A stretch of 64,000 bases of DNA, taken from positions 7,812,001-7,876,000 of the forward strand of contig CAIIXF020000001.1 in NCBI GenBank assembly GCA_903813345.2, written 5' to 3'. Below are positions 52,761 to 64,000 of this stretch, one piece after another; position 1 is the stretch's first letter, and each line of letters opens with the position of its first letter. Made by a program: the position numbers and the translations under genes. This DNA is from Owenia fusiformis. Lineage: Eukaryota. The notes below the pieces were generated by a model that was given only the letters and a program-made list of their open reading frames with translations, did no database searches and was not told the origin of the DNA.

Positions 52761-53849
52761 TATGGTTTACAACTTATTTTAAATTGAAAGTCATTTTATG
52801 TTGAAATACCCTGGGGCGACTGTCAGGCTACCGCATTGACTTCTCCCCACTTTACCATTAGTGCAGGCTTGTTGCTGTGCACTGGGGACCTTTTACATTA
52901 AAACATAGATCTATATTAAAAACGCACACCTATTTAATTGCAGTTATTGACATAGGCATAGTATGATGATTTAAAACTACTTAGACTGTCACAGTCTAAG
53001 ATGCCACCAGGTAGAGTGTTCCATTTAACTATTGTCCTACTCGAAGAGAACATCTTGATACATGTACCTCTTATTCATATTGGTCTTTTTTGTTTACTTG
53101 TACATGAGATTGAATATATTTTATGCTTTAATCAATTTGAAAATTGATTTTAATTCAAAATAATACTAAAACATACATTTATCTAATACTTTTTGAAATA
53201 CATATTACCATAAAAGGGAAGCATGGCATTGCTCATTTTGAAGGTCTCATGTTTATTACACAGAGTTGCATACCCTTCTAATTGAAAGCCCATGATCATG
53301 GTGGAAGCCATGTTTTTCTTCTCGCATGGATCAAGATGTCACACGATTTTTTTATTGTTTTTGGAAATCAGACATGCATGGTTGACACAGAGACATATAA
53401 AACAAATAAAATAAATGTTTTATATGTCTCTGGTTGACAATGGAAATTCTAATTTTTAACAAGTAAATGTCAAAGTCACCCTATTTCTGGTGTTGACATT
53501 ACCCACAAGTCGACGTTACACCCCTTTGCGCTACCTGTCATATCAATATTGGGAGCCATCATTATCCTCTGGAATATGTTATCTCCAATTTCAGGTCCAT
53601 CGTCTCAGTATCTTGAACCTGCCCTCATCATTTCAACTGTCCAATCATATGCATGTACCAAGGGCAATTCAGTCATATTGTATAGCAGTTTAGACTACCC
53701 AGTGACAGTCACAGGGAAACCCAAATGGCTAGACTTAGAGGAAATACATGTATACATAAAAATTACATATGTATGTATAGTCAAATGATTGCAATGCGAT
53801 TGTTTTGTTATCCATTATATTATTTTTCCAGGTTAAATTGAGCTAAAAT

Positions 53850-56800
53850 ATGAACATAGATGTGGTTGGACGACTTCGTCCTCCCATCCGTGGGGAACCT
53901 AGTGGTATAAACATAGAGATTGACAGTCACCATAGAGTTGCAAGTAGACCAGGAGGAACATACTTCAGGTTCGTGCATAAAGTATTCTGCTCATTCTATT
54001 GTTGTTAATTGTGTACAGTTCTACATATACGAGACTCAACATAATTTTCAATATTGGACCTCCATTCAGTTTGAATAAGGATGTCTGATTTACCCTTGCC
54101 AAACAGTGTTAGCATACAAGTATCCATTCTGTATCTTTAATAGGACATTTTTTTTTCATGTTTGTTTTCTAAAAATCCCCAAAGTGCACACTTTATTTTG
54201 AGGAAAACTAAAGATTTTTACAATAATGTATTATTTTTCTATAAGAATGATTACCATTTTAATTATTTGGGAGAATTAAAAAAATTTTCACCCATTTTTG
54301 CACTTTGAATCCTGGTTATAACTTCATCAATTTATAACATATCGTGAATCTTATATAACATATCGTGAATCTTTTTGGAGATATTGTATTTGAAATTGTA
54401 AGGAATAGATTGGTAGGTCAATTGTACATGTTGCTTGTGATTTTGTCACTCCTATAGATCTGATTCTGCCATTAAGAACCAAATAAATTTCTACAAATCT
54501 GGCAATATTTAGGTTTAATCAAAGGAGGAGTTTACATGTTAAGTATGAACTCATTCGTATACTCATGTAAATCAAAATTTATTTTCAGTTTTCACAACAT
54601 ACACAAGGAAACCAGCAGTACATATGAGGTTTACAAGGAGTCTGTCGAGCCTCTTATTGACCTATTCATTGCTGGTTACAATGTATGTATCTTGGTGGCT
54701 GGAGAGAGTGGGGCAGGCAAGGCATACACACTTGCTGGTGAAACTGGTAGCAGATCTAGCCTTGTACCTCTCATATTTGACTCTATATTTTCTAAACTAC
54801 CCACATGTAAGTTCAGTAATCACCTCTGCTCTAATTTTATTTACTTGTGGGATTTTCTCCCGTGCTTGCAGGCACATTTAATGTAATGTTACATCGTAAT
54901 GTTAAAATAACCTTTTTGGGCAACCGTTTTAAATTTATGGCCTTTATTACAATTTTCATTATTTTCAATTATTTTTGTTTAGGGTTTAACAGGCTTTAAC
55001 ATAAGGTTCAACAGCTGCACCAACAATTTTCAGGCATGGCATTCCTTTAAATCCTGATTAAAACTTAGTAACATTGTTACCTTTAATAATGATACATATC
55101 TTGATATTCCAGCTGATTACTCGTATGATGAGGCTCAGAGTAAAGCCTCGGTGGTGTTCCAAATGTATGAACTATTCAATGAATTGGTGAGAGATCTGCT
55201 CCAGATTCCCTCTGGCACTGGAACACCTCAGTATCTGGAGTTAGATGAGTCAGCGGAGAAAGGTGTCTTTGTTAAGGTAAGTACAGAAGCCAAACATCAA
55301 CATGTACATTGTGCTTACACTTACAGCCTTGTCTTTCTCCCACTTGAAGTCCCAAAGAATGTTTAGAAGAGGGATCCAGGAAAATATATTGAATAAAGAG
55401 TGAAGAGAATAACCCTTACATTTCTAGGGAGGCAGACTAAGTACCCTGTCACAGTGGAATCAGATATTGAACAGCCAGCCTAAATAAATGGAATTACATC
55501 ACAGTTATGGTATCATTGTTTCGATGAATTTTGGGTATAATAATGAGATTGTTGATAATTCATATACCTGTAAACGGATTTGTTGAGACTATTCTTTCAT
55601 ATTCTATCGTATTCGGGGATTCCCCATTATGTCATCTCCCGCATCATCTCCAATCAAATTGCAGGATGTGAACACGTGAACAATCATGAGCACATGCTCT
55701 CTCAGTGTTGCGCATGCGCAAAGTTAAATTTGAAATCGTGGGAATGGCGTTGACATCAACATCATCATTTCCAACCTACGGTAATACTATTGAAGTTACT
55801 CGATCCATACTTGTAGAGAATACTCAGCGAACCTTTGGAACTACTGCGAACATTTGGAGATCCATTTCAATGGCAAATGAGGCCTGTTAATAAAATTTTC
55901 GAAAGTGCCAATACGAAAGGTCATCTTTGGGAAATCTTCCCCCTGATGAAAAGCACAAAAAGATTTTCCTTGGAATATGTACACTACAGGAAGCATTTTT
56001 TCTCCAACTAAACTACTGAAACTTATTTCAATAATGTTATATTTAAAATGAACTAAATTGATTTTATAAAATATTGTTTGTTCGGTGGAATTGCTTCTCT
56101 GTGGAGTTGCTGTTTTCTAATTTATTATTTATTAATTACTTATTTATTTATATTATTTCTTACTTATTCTAATGTTTTTGTTTTTTGCATATCTACAATT
56201 TATAAATGATTATTGATTTGTTTCATTGTGCTAAAAATATAATATTTTCAATATTCTGTCGCAAGTAGGTCACTCTGACCTGTATGTATTTATCAGGAAA
56301 TCATTTTATAAATTCTTTCAAATTAAATTTTGATCATTCTTACAAAACTTCTTTTCTATTTCAAGATCATGATATCATGCCAAACTTAAATATATAACTT
56401 TACTCCACAACACTGTTCAAGATTTTGATTGACAGCTCTTTACATGTATTTGGAACATGAAATTGATGTCCTGTGTTAAAACTCCAAGGTCAAGCTGATC
56501 TGGTCACTCTTGAAGACAATCTAGAAACAGATTTTTGACTGAAATTAATCAATTTTATCCTTATATTTCTCAGTCAAAACATAAAAAATGTTACCTTTCA
56601 AACCATTCTTATCTATGTAATATCAGTTTATTTAAGAGGTTTTAATCAGTTTTATTTTTATCTGAAAGAAGGATTTTGCAGTGTTTTTGATGGACTATTT
56701 TGTCAAAGAATTTCTATGCAAAGCACAATTTCCCAATCTTCACCTTTAGGGGTTAGTTTAAATTTTTGTGTGATGGAATAATCAGTAATCAGAACTCAAA

Positions 56801-57455
56801 ATGCCATTACAAGTCCAAGGCTCTCTTCAACTATTTGATATTTTCGAAGACACCTCATTTTACAGACAAGAAACCCCATCCCTGTGATATTGTTCCAAAG
56901 TATAGCTAATTATCCCACCGAACAAAGCTTGTAGGGATATAGAGAAGCCGTTTGTCCATCCGTCTGTTTGTTAACTCAGATACCATTTATGGACCAAATT
57001 ATGGAATATTCCACATTTTATATGCTAAGTGTTATGAGCAAAGGACCTTTGCTCAGGAGGCATTTTTGGTGCAAATATTATAGGCTAATGTCATAGGGCC
57101 AAAGGACCTCTGCTAAAGAAGGAATTTCCAATATGACTACGATTTTACAATATTTTGTGGAAAACAAGATTCTTTTAAGATGTCTTTTACATGTTACCGA
57201 TCTGCTGGTTTACATTATACAATGTAGTTGGAGATACCAAAAATCGAGATAAACTGATTTCAATAATAAATTAACCTACACTGTGCAATGTAAATGTACA
57301 TGTATTTTCAGCATGGGAGTAGTGTAAAGGTGACAAATGCCCCAGAAGGTGTTTCTCACTTCAGACAAGGCTGGGCTAGGAAGGTGCAATCTCACACAGA
57401 TTTTGGCCCTGCACACAACCATGCAACAATTATTTTGCATCTTGACCTCACTATG
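53850..57455 (+). CDS. Divergent kinesin-motor-domain protein, 5' part only (4 coding exons seen; gene continues past the window)
   Basis: Exons 53850-53968, 54589-54806, 55113-55276, 57312-57455, GT-AG and in phase. Translation MNIDVVGRLRP ... VEPLIDLFIAGYNVCILVAGESGAGKAYTL ... MYELFNELVRDLL ... KGVFVK matches the kinesin beta1 RxRP, GYN/P-loop and YNE.I.DLL segments. No switch II exon was found before 64000. Confidence 0.85.
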
Positions 57456-57862
57456 GTAGGCAACTTCTTTTATGATTGATTCATTCTATAAAACCAAACC
57501 AAATTGTCTCTATTATAATAGTTCATTAGTACCCAAAGGAACAAATAAATATTCGTAGAATGCCTAAATCTGTTCAGTAATATCCAATCAGGTTACCAGG
57601 AAACATGTGGTATAAAATCTACATTCACACATAGCTAGGCAAGGTGTGTCCATTTCCAGCCAATCCGAACAGTATTTCACATATAGAACAGTGTGTGAAA
57701 TAATCAATAACACATGCAAGGTCACAGTTGTCATGGTGATGAATGGACTTTTCGCATTGGATTTGATGACTTGCCAACTTAACCCTTGCAATCACCCTAG
57801 TGATTTTGTTCCTTTTTAGATGATTTTATAGAAAAAATTTGCAATGAGTGAAAAGAATTTAA

Positions 57863-58006
57863 GCCCAAGACTCAATGCATTGAAGCTGCTTCATTCCACT
57901 CAGGCGTTGTTTCCTAAACTTTGCATTCCCGTTGCGTGGTCATGCAAACGTTTGGAAACAACACCTTCATGGTATGATTCAGCAAACAATGCACTGAGTC
58001 CAGGGC
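57863..58006. mobile_element. Short palindromic MITE
   Basis: TTAA-GCCCAAGACTCAATGCATTG ... CAATGCACTGAGTCCAGGGC-TTAA. Confidence 0.55.
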
Positions 58007-58863
58007 TTAAATCCTTAAGTAGCACCATGTTTTATTTCTTATACAACTGCATGTTATTTTACTGGGTATTGTATGAGAAATGTTTTTTGGAGTAATTGGA
58101 TTTTGATAATGCTTTTAGAATATATAACTTTTATTGACATCTTGTATCATAACATGATTACATTATAGGCGAGTAGAACCAATGGCCAAATGTGCCAGGA
58201 AAGTACTTTTTAAAATACATCATGGGGAAAAGGACAAATGAGGTACCATTGTAAAGCTAAGGACTTCGGCTTTTCAAATCCACTTGTACCTAAGTTTGAA
58301 TTTGGGGCAAAAATTGCAAAAACATCCGTTTCCATAGCAACCATTTAAAATATAATCAATAAATCAGAAATCACCTTTCGGATCGTAGAATGCCTGTTAT
58401 CTGTCCAATTCTAATGATACATATATCAAAATGAAGCTATTGATGCCCCCTTGTTTATAAACAAGAAAATATGCAAATTAGCTAATTTGCATATCTATTA
58501 TGACATCATAAGTAGATTTTTTAACCGAATTTGAGATATTTTGGAGATTTACCTGATATAATAATGAAGGATTATTTGTAATTGAAAATTATTGGTAGAT
58601 ATTACTAATAATTCATTATTTGAGTTAGAAATAAATTAACTGCAAGGTTTGAAAAGTGCTAAAAATCAAAATCATAGGATATCCGATAAATATTACACTT
58701 ACATCAACAATATCACTGTTGCTTATCACAATAATATTGAAAATATTTTATTGCTCAATTCTATGTCTGAAAATATACAAAATAGTGTACCTTTATCCTC
58801 ATGCTTATCCTTTATCCCGATGCTATCTTAGTAAGCATTATATAGTCCTGCAATATTTCAACT

Positions 58864-60600
58864 CATGGCCGTCAGATGGGGGGGGGGGTGCGACGGCTGC
58901 GACCGCACCCCCTCTGACACCCCGCCACATTTTCTTGTGAATTTTTTTTTCTAATTTTTTTTCCATTGACCCATACACTTTAATAGTGCCCAGAAAGCAC
59001 CAAATAGCATATTTAAATTGTAAAATTTTCTAAGGAAGTAGGCCACCCGTATCATCCCCCCCAAAACAATTAACAATATTTCTGGGGGACTAACACTTGC
59101 TCCCCCTCTGGCATCCTCACCCCACCTCCCACACGGGCATGGACTCATACACTTTGAAAGTATCCAGAAAGCACTAAATAGCATCTTAAAATTGTAGAAT
59201 TTTCTAGGGGAAGGGGGCCACCTCTCACACCCCCCACAAAACTATTCTAAAGTTCTTAATTTATTTTATGTACTGTCTCAGACACTTTTAAAGTGCTCAG
59301 ACATCATCAAATAGCTCCTTGATATAGTCAATGCTTCTGGGGACTAACACTTGCTCCACCTCTGGCATCCTCACCCAACCTCCTCCTCGGGCTCCGTTTG
59401 ACACCCCCCCCCCCAAAAAAAAAAGAAAGTAAATATGATTTAATCTTTTTTATTGACTCATGCACATTAATAGTGCCAAGAAAGCACCAAATAGCATCGT
59501 AAAATTGTAAAATTTTCTAAGGAAGTAGGCCACCCCTCACACCCCCCACAAAACAATTGACAAAAATTCTGAATTTATTTCATGTATTGTCTCAGACACA
59601 TTTTAGGTGCCCAGACTTCATCAAATAACACCTTTATATGGTCAATGTTTCTGGGGACAGATATGGGAGACAAAAATTGTGATTGTTGTTCATTTTTTAT
59701 TGACTCATACACTTTAAAAGTGCCCAGAGAGCACCAAATATCATCTTAAAATTGTAAAATTTTCTAGGAGAGTTGGTCACCCATCACATCCCCCACAAAA
59801 CAATTGAAAAAAAATATGAATTCCATGTATTATCTCAGACTCATTTTTAAAGTGCCCAGACATCATCAAATAGCACCTTGAAATGGTCAATGTTTCTGAG
59901 GGAAAACCCTTTGCCCCCCCCTCTGGCATCCCCACCCCACCTCACCCTTTTATCCTCTTTGACACCCCCCAAAAAATCGAAACTCATTTTTTATTGATTC
60001 ATATACTTTGAAAATGCCCAGAAAGCACCAAATAGCATCTCAAAAGTGTAACATTTTCAAGGGTGGGGGGCACTCCTCACCCCCCCCCCCCACACAAATC
60101 AATTGGGAATGTTTGGAAGTTGCATTTGTTAATTTTAAACACTTTAAAAGTGCCCAGAAATCACCAAGTGACATACTGTATAAGTGGTAATTTTGCCTAA
60201 TCATTTAATTTGCCTATTTCCTAATATTTGCCAGGTTCCCAAAATTAAATGTCGGAAATATTGTCTTTATAATGTTATCCAATGGGAGGTTTCTTGTCAT
60301 TAGGAAAATTAAAAATAGGAAAATGATGAAATTTGACCATTCGGAAAATTAACCACTCGGATTAAATACCACTTATACAGTAATGAAATCATAAATAATT
60401 CTGACACCGCATCCCAAAAACTAAAGCATTCATTTACTCGAACATACTAAAAGTGCTCAGAATTAACCAGACAGCATCTTGAATTAGTAAAATTTTCCTG
60501 TGCTGCCCACTCGCTCCTCTAAGAAGAAAATAATTAAAAAATCAGAATTTCTTTAAATTGATTCTATTGCCTTCTAGCACACCCTCCCTTTTCCATTGTT
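58864..60600 (+). mobile_element. GC-rich (hAT-like) non-autonomous element with an internal complex tandem array
   Basis: Starts CATGGCCGTCAGATGGGGG. Repeated AAGTGCCCAGAAAGCACCAAATAGCATCTTAAAATTGTAAAATTTTCTA and CTCTGGCATCCTCACCC modules run from ~58970 to ~60500. Right end not resolved. Confidence 0.5.
60176..60380. mobile_element. Tc1/mariner-type MITE with TA TSD, inserted into a tandem array
   Basis: TA-CTGTATAAGTGGTA ... TACCACTTATACAG-TA. Confidence 0.7.
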
Positions 60601-60818
60601 TCTCCAAATTGCTCTTTCAATATTTAGTCTAAAAACATGATATGAAAACAATAAAATACTACAAAATAGACTGAGTGGCCTTGATATAGAGAGTATCTGA
60701 CCCCCCCCCCCCTCTGACTTACGCGATTTGATTTACGCGGAAAAAATGACAATTTTATTTTCTCTTTATTAAAAACCGCACCCCCTTGGAGAAAAGTGTC
60801 TTCGGGCCTGCAACTTAT

Positions 60819-63800
60819 GATGGAAATTTTGGATGCATGCTGGATTTGTAACTTTTCAGTATATTTAGAGTGTCCTGAATTCAAATCTGCCGGATGCAAT
60901 TTGAGTACTTTGCGGCATTAATCTGTACAGCCATTTCAATATATGCATTCCAGGGTCCATTTTTCTCAGTTTTTTCAATTCAATGCATTTGTATTTGCTA
61001 ATCTTAAAGGAAATATATAGATCTAATCAATTTAATTGTGATTTTACATGATATTTTACATATTTTCCAATTTGTTCCAGGAATTTCAGGTTCAAACAGT
61101 TAAAATAATTAAAAGTATTTGATTTTTTCCTTGTTTTCTTCATGTTTTGGCCAGTTTTTGGCTTCCAGTATAAAACTGCGCATTGTTTAAATATAGCAAT
61201 AGGTGCACTTGTAATGATTTGATTATAACTAAAATTCCAAATATCATTAATGGAATAGGAACAGCAGATTAATATCATAGGTAACATATTTGGTCTATAC
61301 GGAATGACATTACTCCATATTATAGATGTAGTTTGGAGAAAAATACACATATTAATGATACATAATACTAATTGGGGTAACTAGGGTGCCACTAGAGGGT
61401 GCTAGAGAACTAATTGGGGTAACTAGGGTTCTATGGGGGCCTACTAGAGAACCAATTCGGGTAACAAGGGTGCCACTGGGGGCTACTAGAGAAACAATTG
61501 GGGTAACCAGGGTGCCATTAGGGGCTACTAGAGAACCAATTAAGGTAACAAGGGCGCAACTAGAAGCTGAGAACCAATTAGGGCAACTAGGGTGCTAATA
61601 GAGAACCAATTTTGGTAACTAGGGTGCTATTGGGGCCTACTAGAGAACCAATTGGGGTAACTAGGGTGCTACTAGAGGCTACTAGAGAACAAATTGAGGT
61701 AGTTAGGGTACTACTAGAGAACCAATTGAAGTAACTAGGGTGCTACTAGAGAACCAATTTGGGTAACCAGGGTGCTATTGCTGCCTACTAGAGAACCAAT
61801 TGGGGTAACTAGGGTGCTATTGAAGGCTACTGGAGAACCAATTGGTGTAACTAGGGTGCTACTAGAGGCTACTAGAGAACCAATTGGGGTAACTAGGGTG
61901 CTACTAGAGGCTACTAACAAATTGAGGTAGTTAGGGTGCTACTAGAGAACCAATTGAAGTAACTAGGGTGCTACTAGGGGCTACCAGAGAACCAATTGAG
62001 GCACCTTGGGTGCTCCTTGGGCTATTAGAGAACCAATTGGGGTAACTAGGGTGCCAATAGGGGCTACTAGAAAACCAGCTGGGGTAACTAGAACAATACC
62101 GGGGGCAACTAGAGAACCAGTTGGGGTAGTTAGGGTGCTATAAGAGGCAACAAAAGAACCAATTTGATAACTAGGGGTCTATTAGGGGCTACTTGAGAAC
62201 CAATTGGGGTTAACTAGAGAAATACCAGGGGGGAACTAGAGAACCAATTGGGGTAGTTAGGGTGCTATTAGGGGGAACAAGAGAACCAATTGGATAACTA
62301 GGGGTCGACTAGGGACAACTGGAGAACGAATTGGGAACAAGGGTGTTACTAGAGAACCAATGGGGGCAACTAGGGTGCTACTAGAGAACCAATTAGGGTA
62401 ACTAGGGTGATAATAGAGGCTACTAGAGAACCAATTGGGGCAATTAGGGTGCTTCTAGAGAACCAATTTGGGTAATTAGGGTGCTATTGGGGCCTACTAG
62501 AGAACGAATTGGGGTAACTAGGGTGCTACTAGAGGCTACTAGACAACAAATTGAGGTAGTTAGGGTGCTACTAGAGAACCAATTGAAGTAACTATGGTGC
62601 TACTAGAGAACCAATTGGGGTAACTAGGGTGCTATTGCGGCCTACTAGAGAACCAATTGGGGGTAACTAGGGTGCTATTAGAGGCTACTAGAGAACCAAC
62701 TGGTGTAACTAGGGTGCTACTAGAGGCTACTAGAGAACCAATTGGGGCACCTAGGGTGCTACTTGGACTATTAGAGAACCAATTGGGGTAACTAGGGTGC
62801 CAATAGGGGCTACTGGAAAACCAATTGGGTTAACTAGAACAATACCGGGGGCAACTAGAGAACCAGTTGGGGTAGTTAGGGTGCTATAAGGGGCAACAAG
62901 AGAACCAATTTGATAACTAAGGGTCTACTAGGGGCTACTAGAAAACCAATTGGGGTAACTAGAACAATACCGGGGGCAACTAGAGAACCAGTTGGGGTAG
63001 TTAGGGTGCTATAAGGGGCAACAAGAGAACCAATTTGATAACTAGGGGTCTACTAGGGGCTACTTGAGAACCAATTGGGGTTAACTAGAGAAATACCGGG
63101 GGCAACTAGAGAACCAATTGGGGTAGTTAGGGTGCTATTAGGGGGAACAAGAGAACAAATTGGATAACTAAGGGTCTACTAGGGGCTTCTAGAGAATGAA
63201 TTGGGAAACAAGGGTGTTATATATTTGTATTTTTCTTGAAAATCAATATTTTATAAAAATGGGGTAGGGATACCATACTTTATCTGTATTATGAAGTAAT
63301 ATCATTTTGGAGAGACTACATAAACCTATGGTATTTATCTGCTGTTTGCACTTCATTTATTATACTTGGAAGTTTTAGTAATAATCCAGTCACTATAAAT
63401 ACATTTAGTCCTTGGAAAAGAGAATCTTGAATCTTATTTGTATAGTTATTTTACTTCAACAATAGGGCAGGTACCGCATAAATTTGACCAAATGTAATTA
63501 TATTTAGACAAATCATGATAACTATGGATGCTAATTGATCATTACACAATAAAAAATATTACATGTGAGCACTATAAACACCAACCAATATGATAAAAGG
63601 TATTATCTATCATTATTATGTGTATTTTTCTTGAAAATCACTATTTTACCATACTACATCTATAATATGGAATAGTGTCATTTCGTATAGACCAAATATG
63701 ATACCTGTGGTATTAATCTGCTGTTCATATTCCATTAATGATATTTTGAAGTTTTAGTTATAATTCAACCATTACAAGTGCACCTATTGCTATATTTAAA

Positions 63801-64000
63801 CAATGCGCAGTTTTATACCGGACGCCAGAAACTGGCCAAAATATGATGAAAACAAGGGAAAAATCAAATCTAAATCATATTGAAATGGCTGTACAGATTA
63901 ATGCCGCAAAGTTCTCAAATTGCATCTGGCAGATTTGAATTTAGGACACCCTAAATATACAGAAAAGTTACAAATATAGCATGCATCCAAAAGTTCCATC
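60819..64000. mobile_element. Foldback-type element: long inverted arms around a central minisatellite; truncated by the window end
   Basis: 60819-60942 pairs with 64000-63878, and ~61117-61360 pairs with ~63870-63610. Confidence 0.75.
61368..63218 (+). repeat. 42-bp / 32-bp minisatellite
   Basis: Unit CTAGGGTGCTACTAGAGGCTACTAGAGAACCAATTGGGGTAA, with variants lacking one ACTAGAGGCT decamer; ~1.85 kb. Confidence 0.95.

Noticed and set aside
55729-55740. NRF1-like TGCGCATGCGCA (similar motifs near 23755-23790) as a promoter
   Set aside because: Intronic and apparently inside repeat-like sequence; no associated exon or start site visible.
61368-63218. CRISPR-like regular repeats, and repetitive ORFs 61386-61598 and 61735-61920
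   Set aside because: Units are contiguous with no unique spacers and no cas genes, in a eukaryotic context. The ORFs simply reflect the 42-bp period and are broken by stops and frameshifts.

Overview
AT-rich, intron-rich animal (metazoan) genomic DNA, not prokaryotic. The repeat types and protein sequences suggest a lophotrochozoan invertebrate such as a mollusc or annelid, which is inference. I reconstructed four spliced genes by hand, with GT-AG junctions in phase, arranged as two head-to-head pairs. Pair one is ceramide glucosyltransferase UGCG (minus strand, 9 coding exons, 411 aa) and an SLC17/VNUT-like MFS anion or nucleotide transporter (plus strand, 8 coding exons, 404 aa). Pair two is mitofusin (minus strand, 16 coding exons, 754 aa) and the 5' part of a divergent kinesin-like gene (plus strand, runs out of the window). 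Introns and UTRs are packed with non-autonomous DNA transposons: Helentron/HINE-like elements with internal satellite arrays, several MITE types, LINE fragments and a large foldback element. The most notable items are a kinesin with a degenerate P-loop and switch I, two fully palindromic CAC-ended elements with 5-bp target-site duplications (TSDs; Transib/RAG-like signature, one with a flipped internal hairpin loop), a 104-bp duplication that creates a frameshifting alternative acceptor in the SLC17 gene, and a 57-codon open frame after the UGCG TAG-C stop. No rRNA, tRNA or CRISPR array was recognised.
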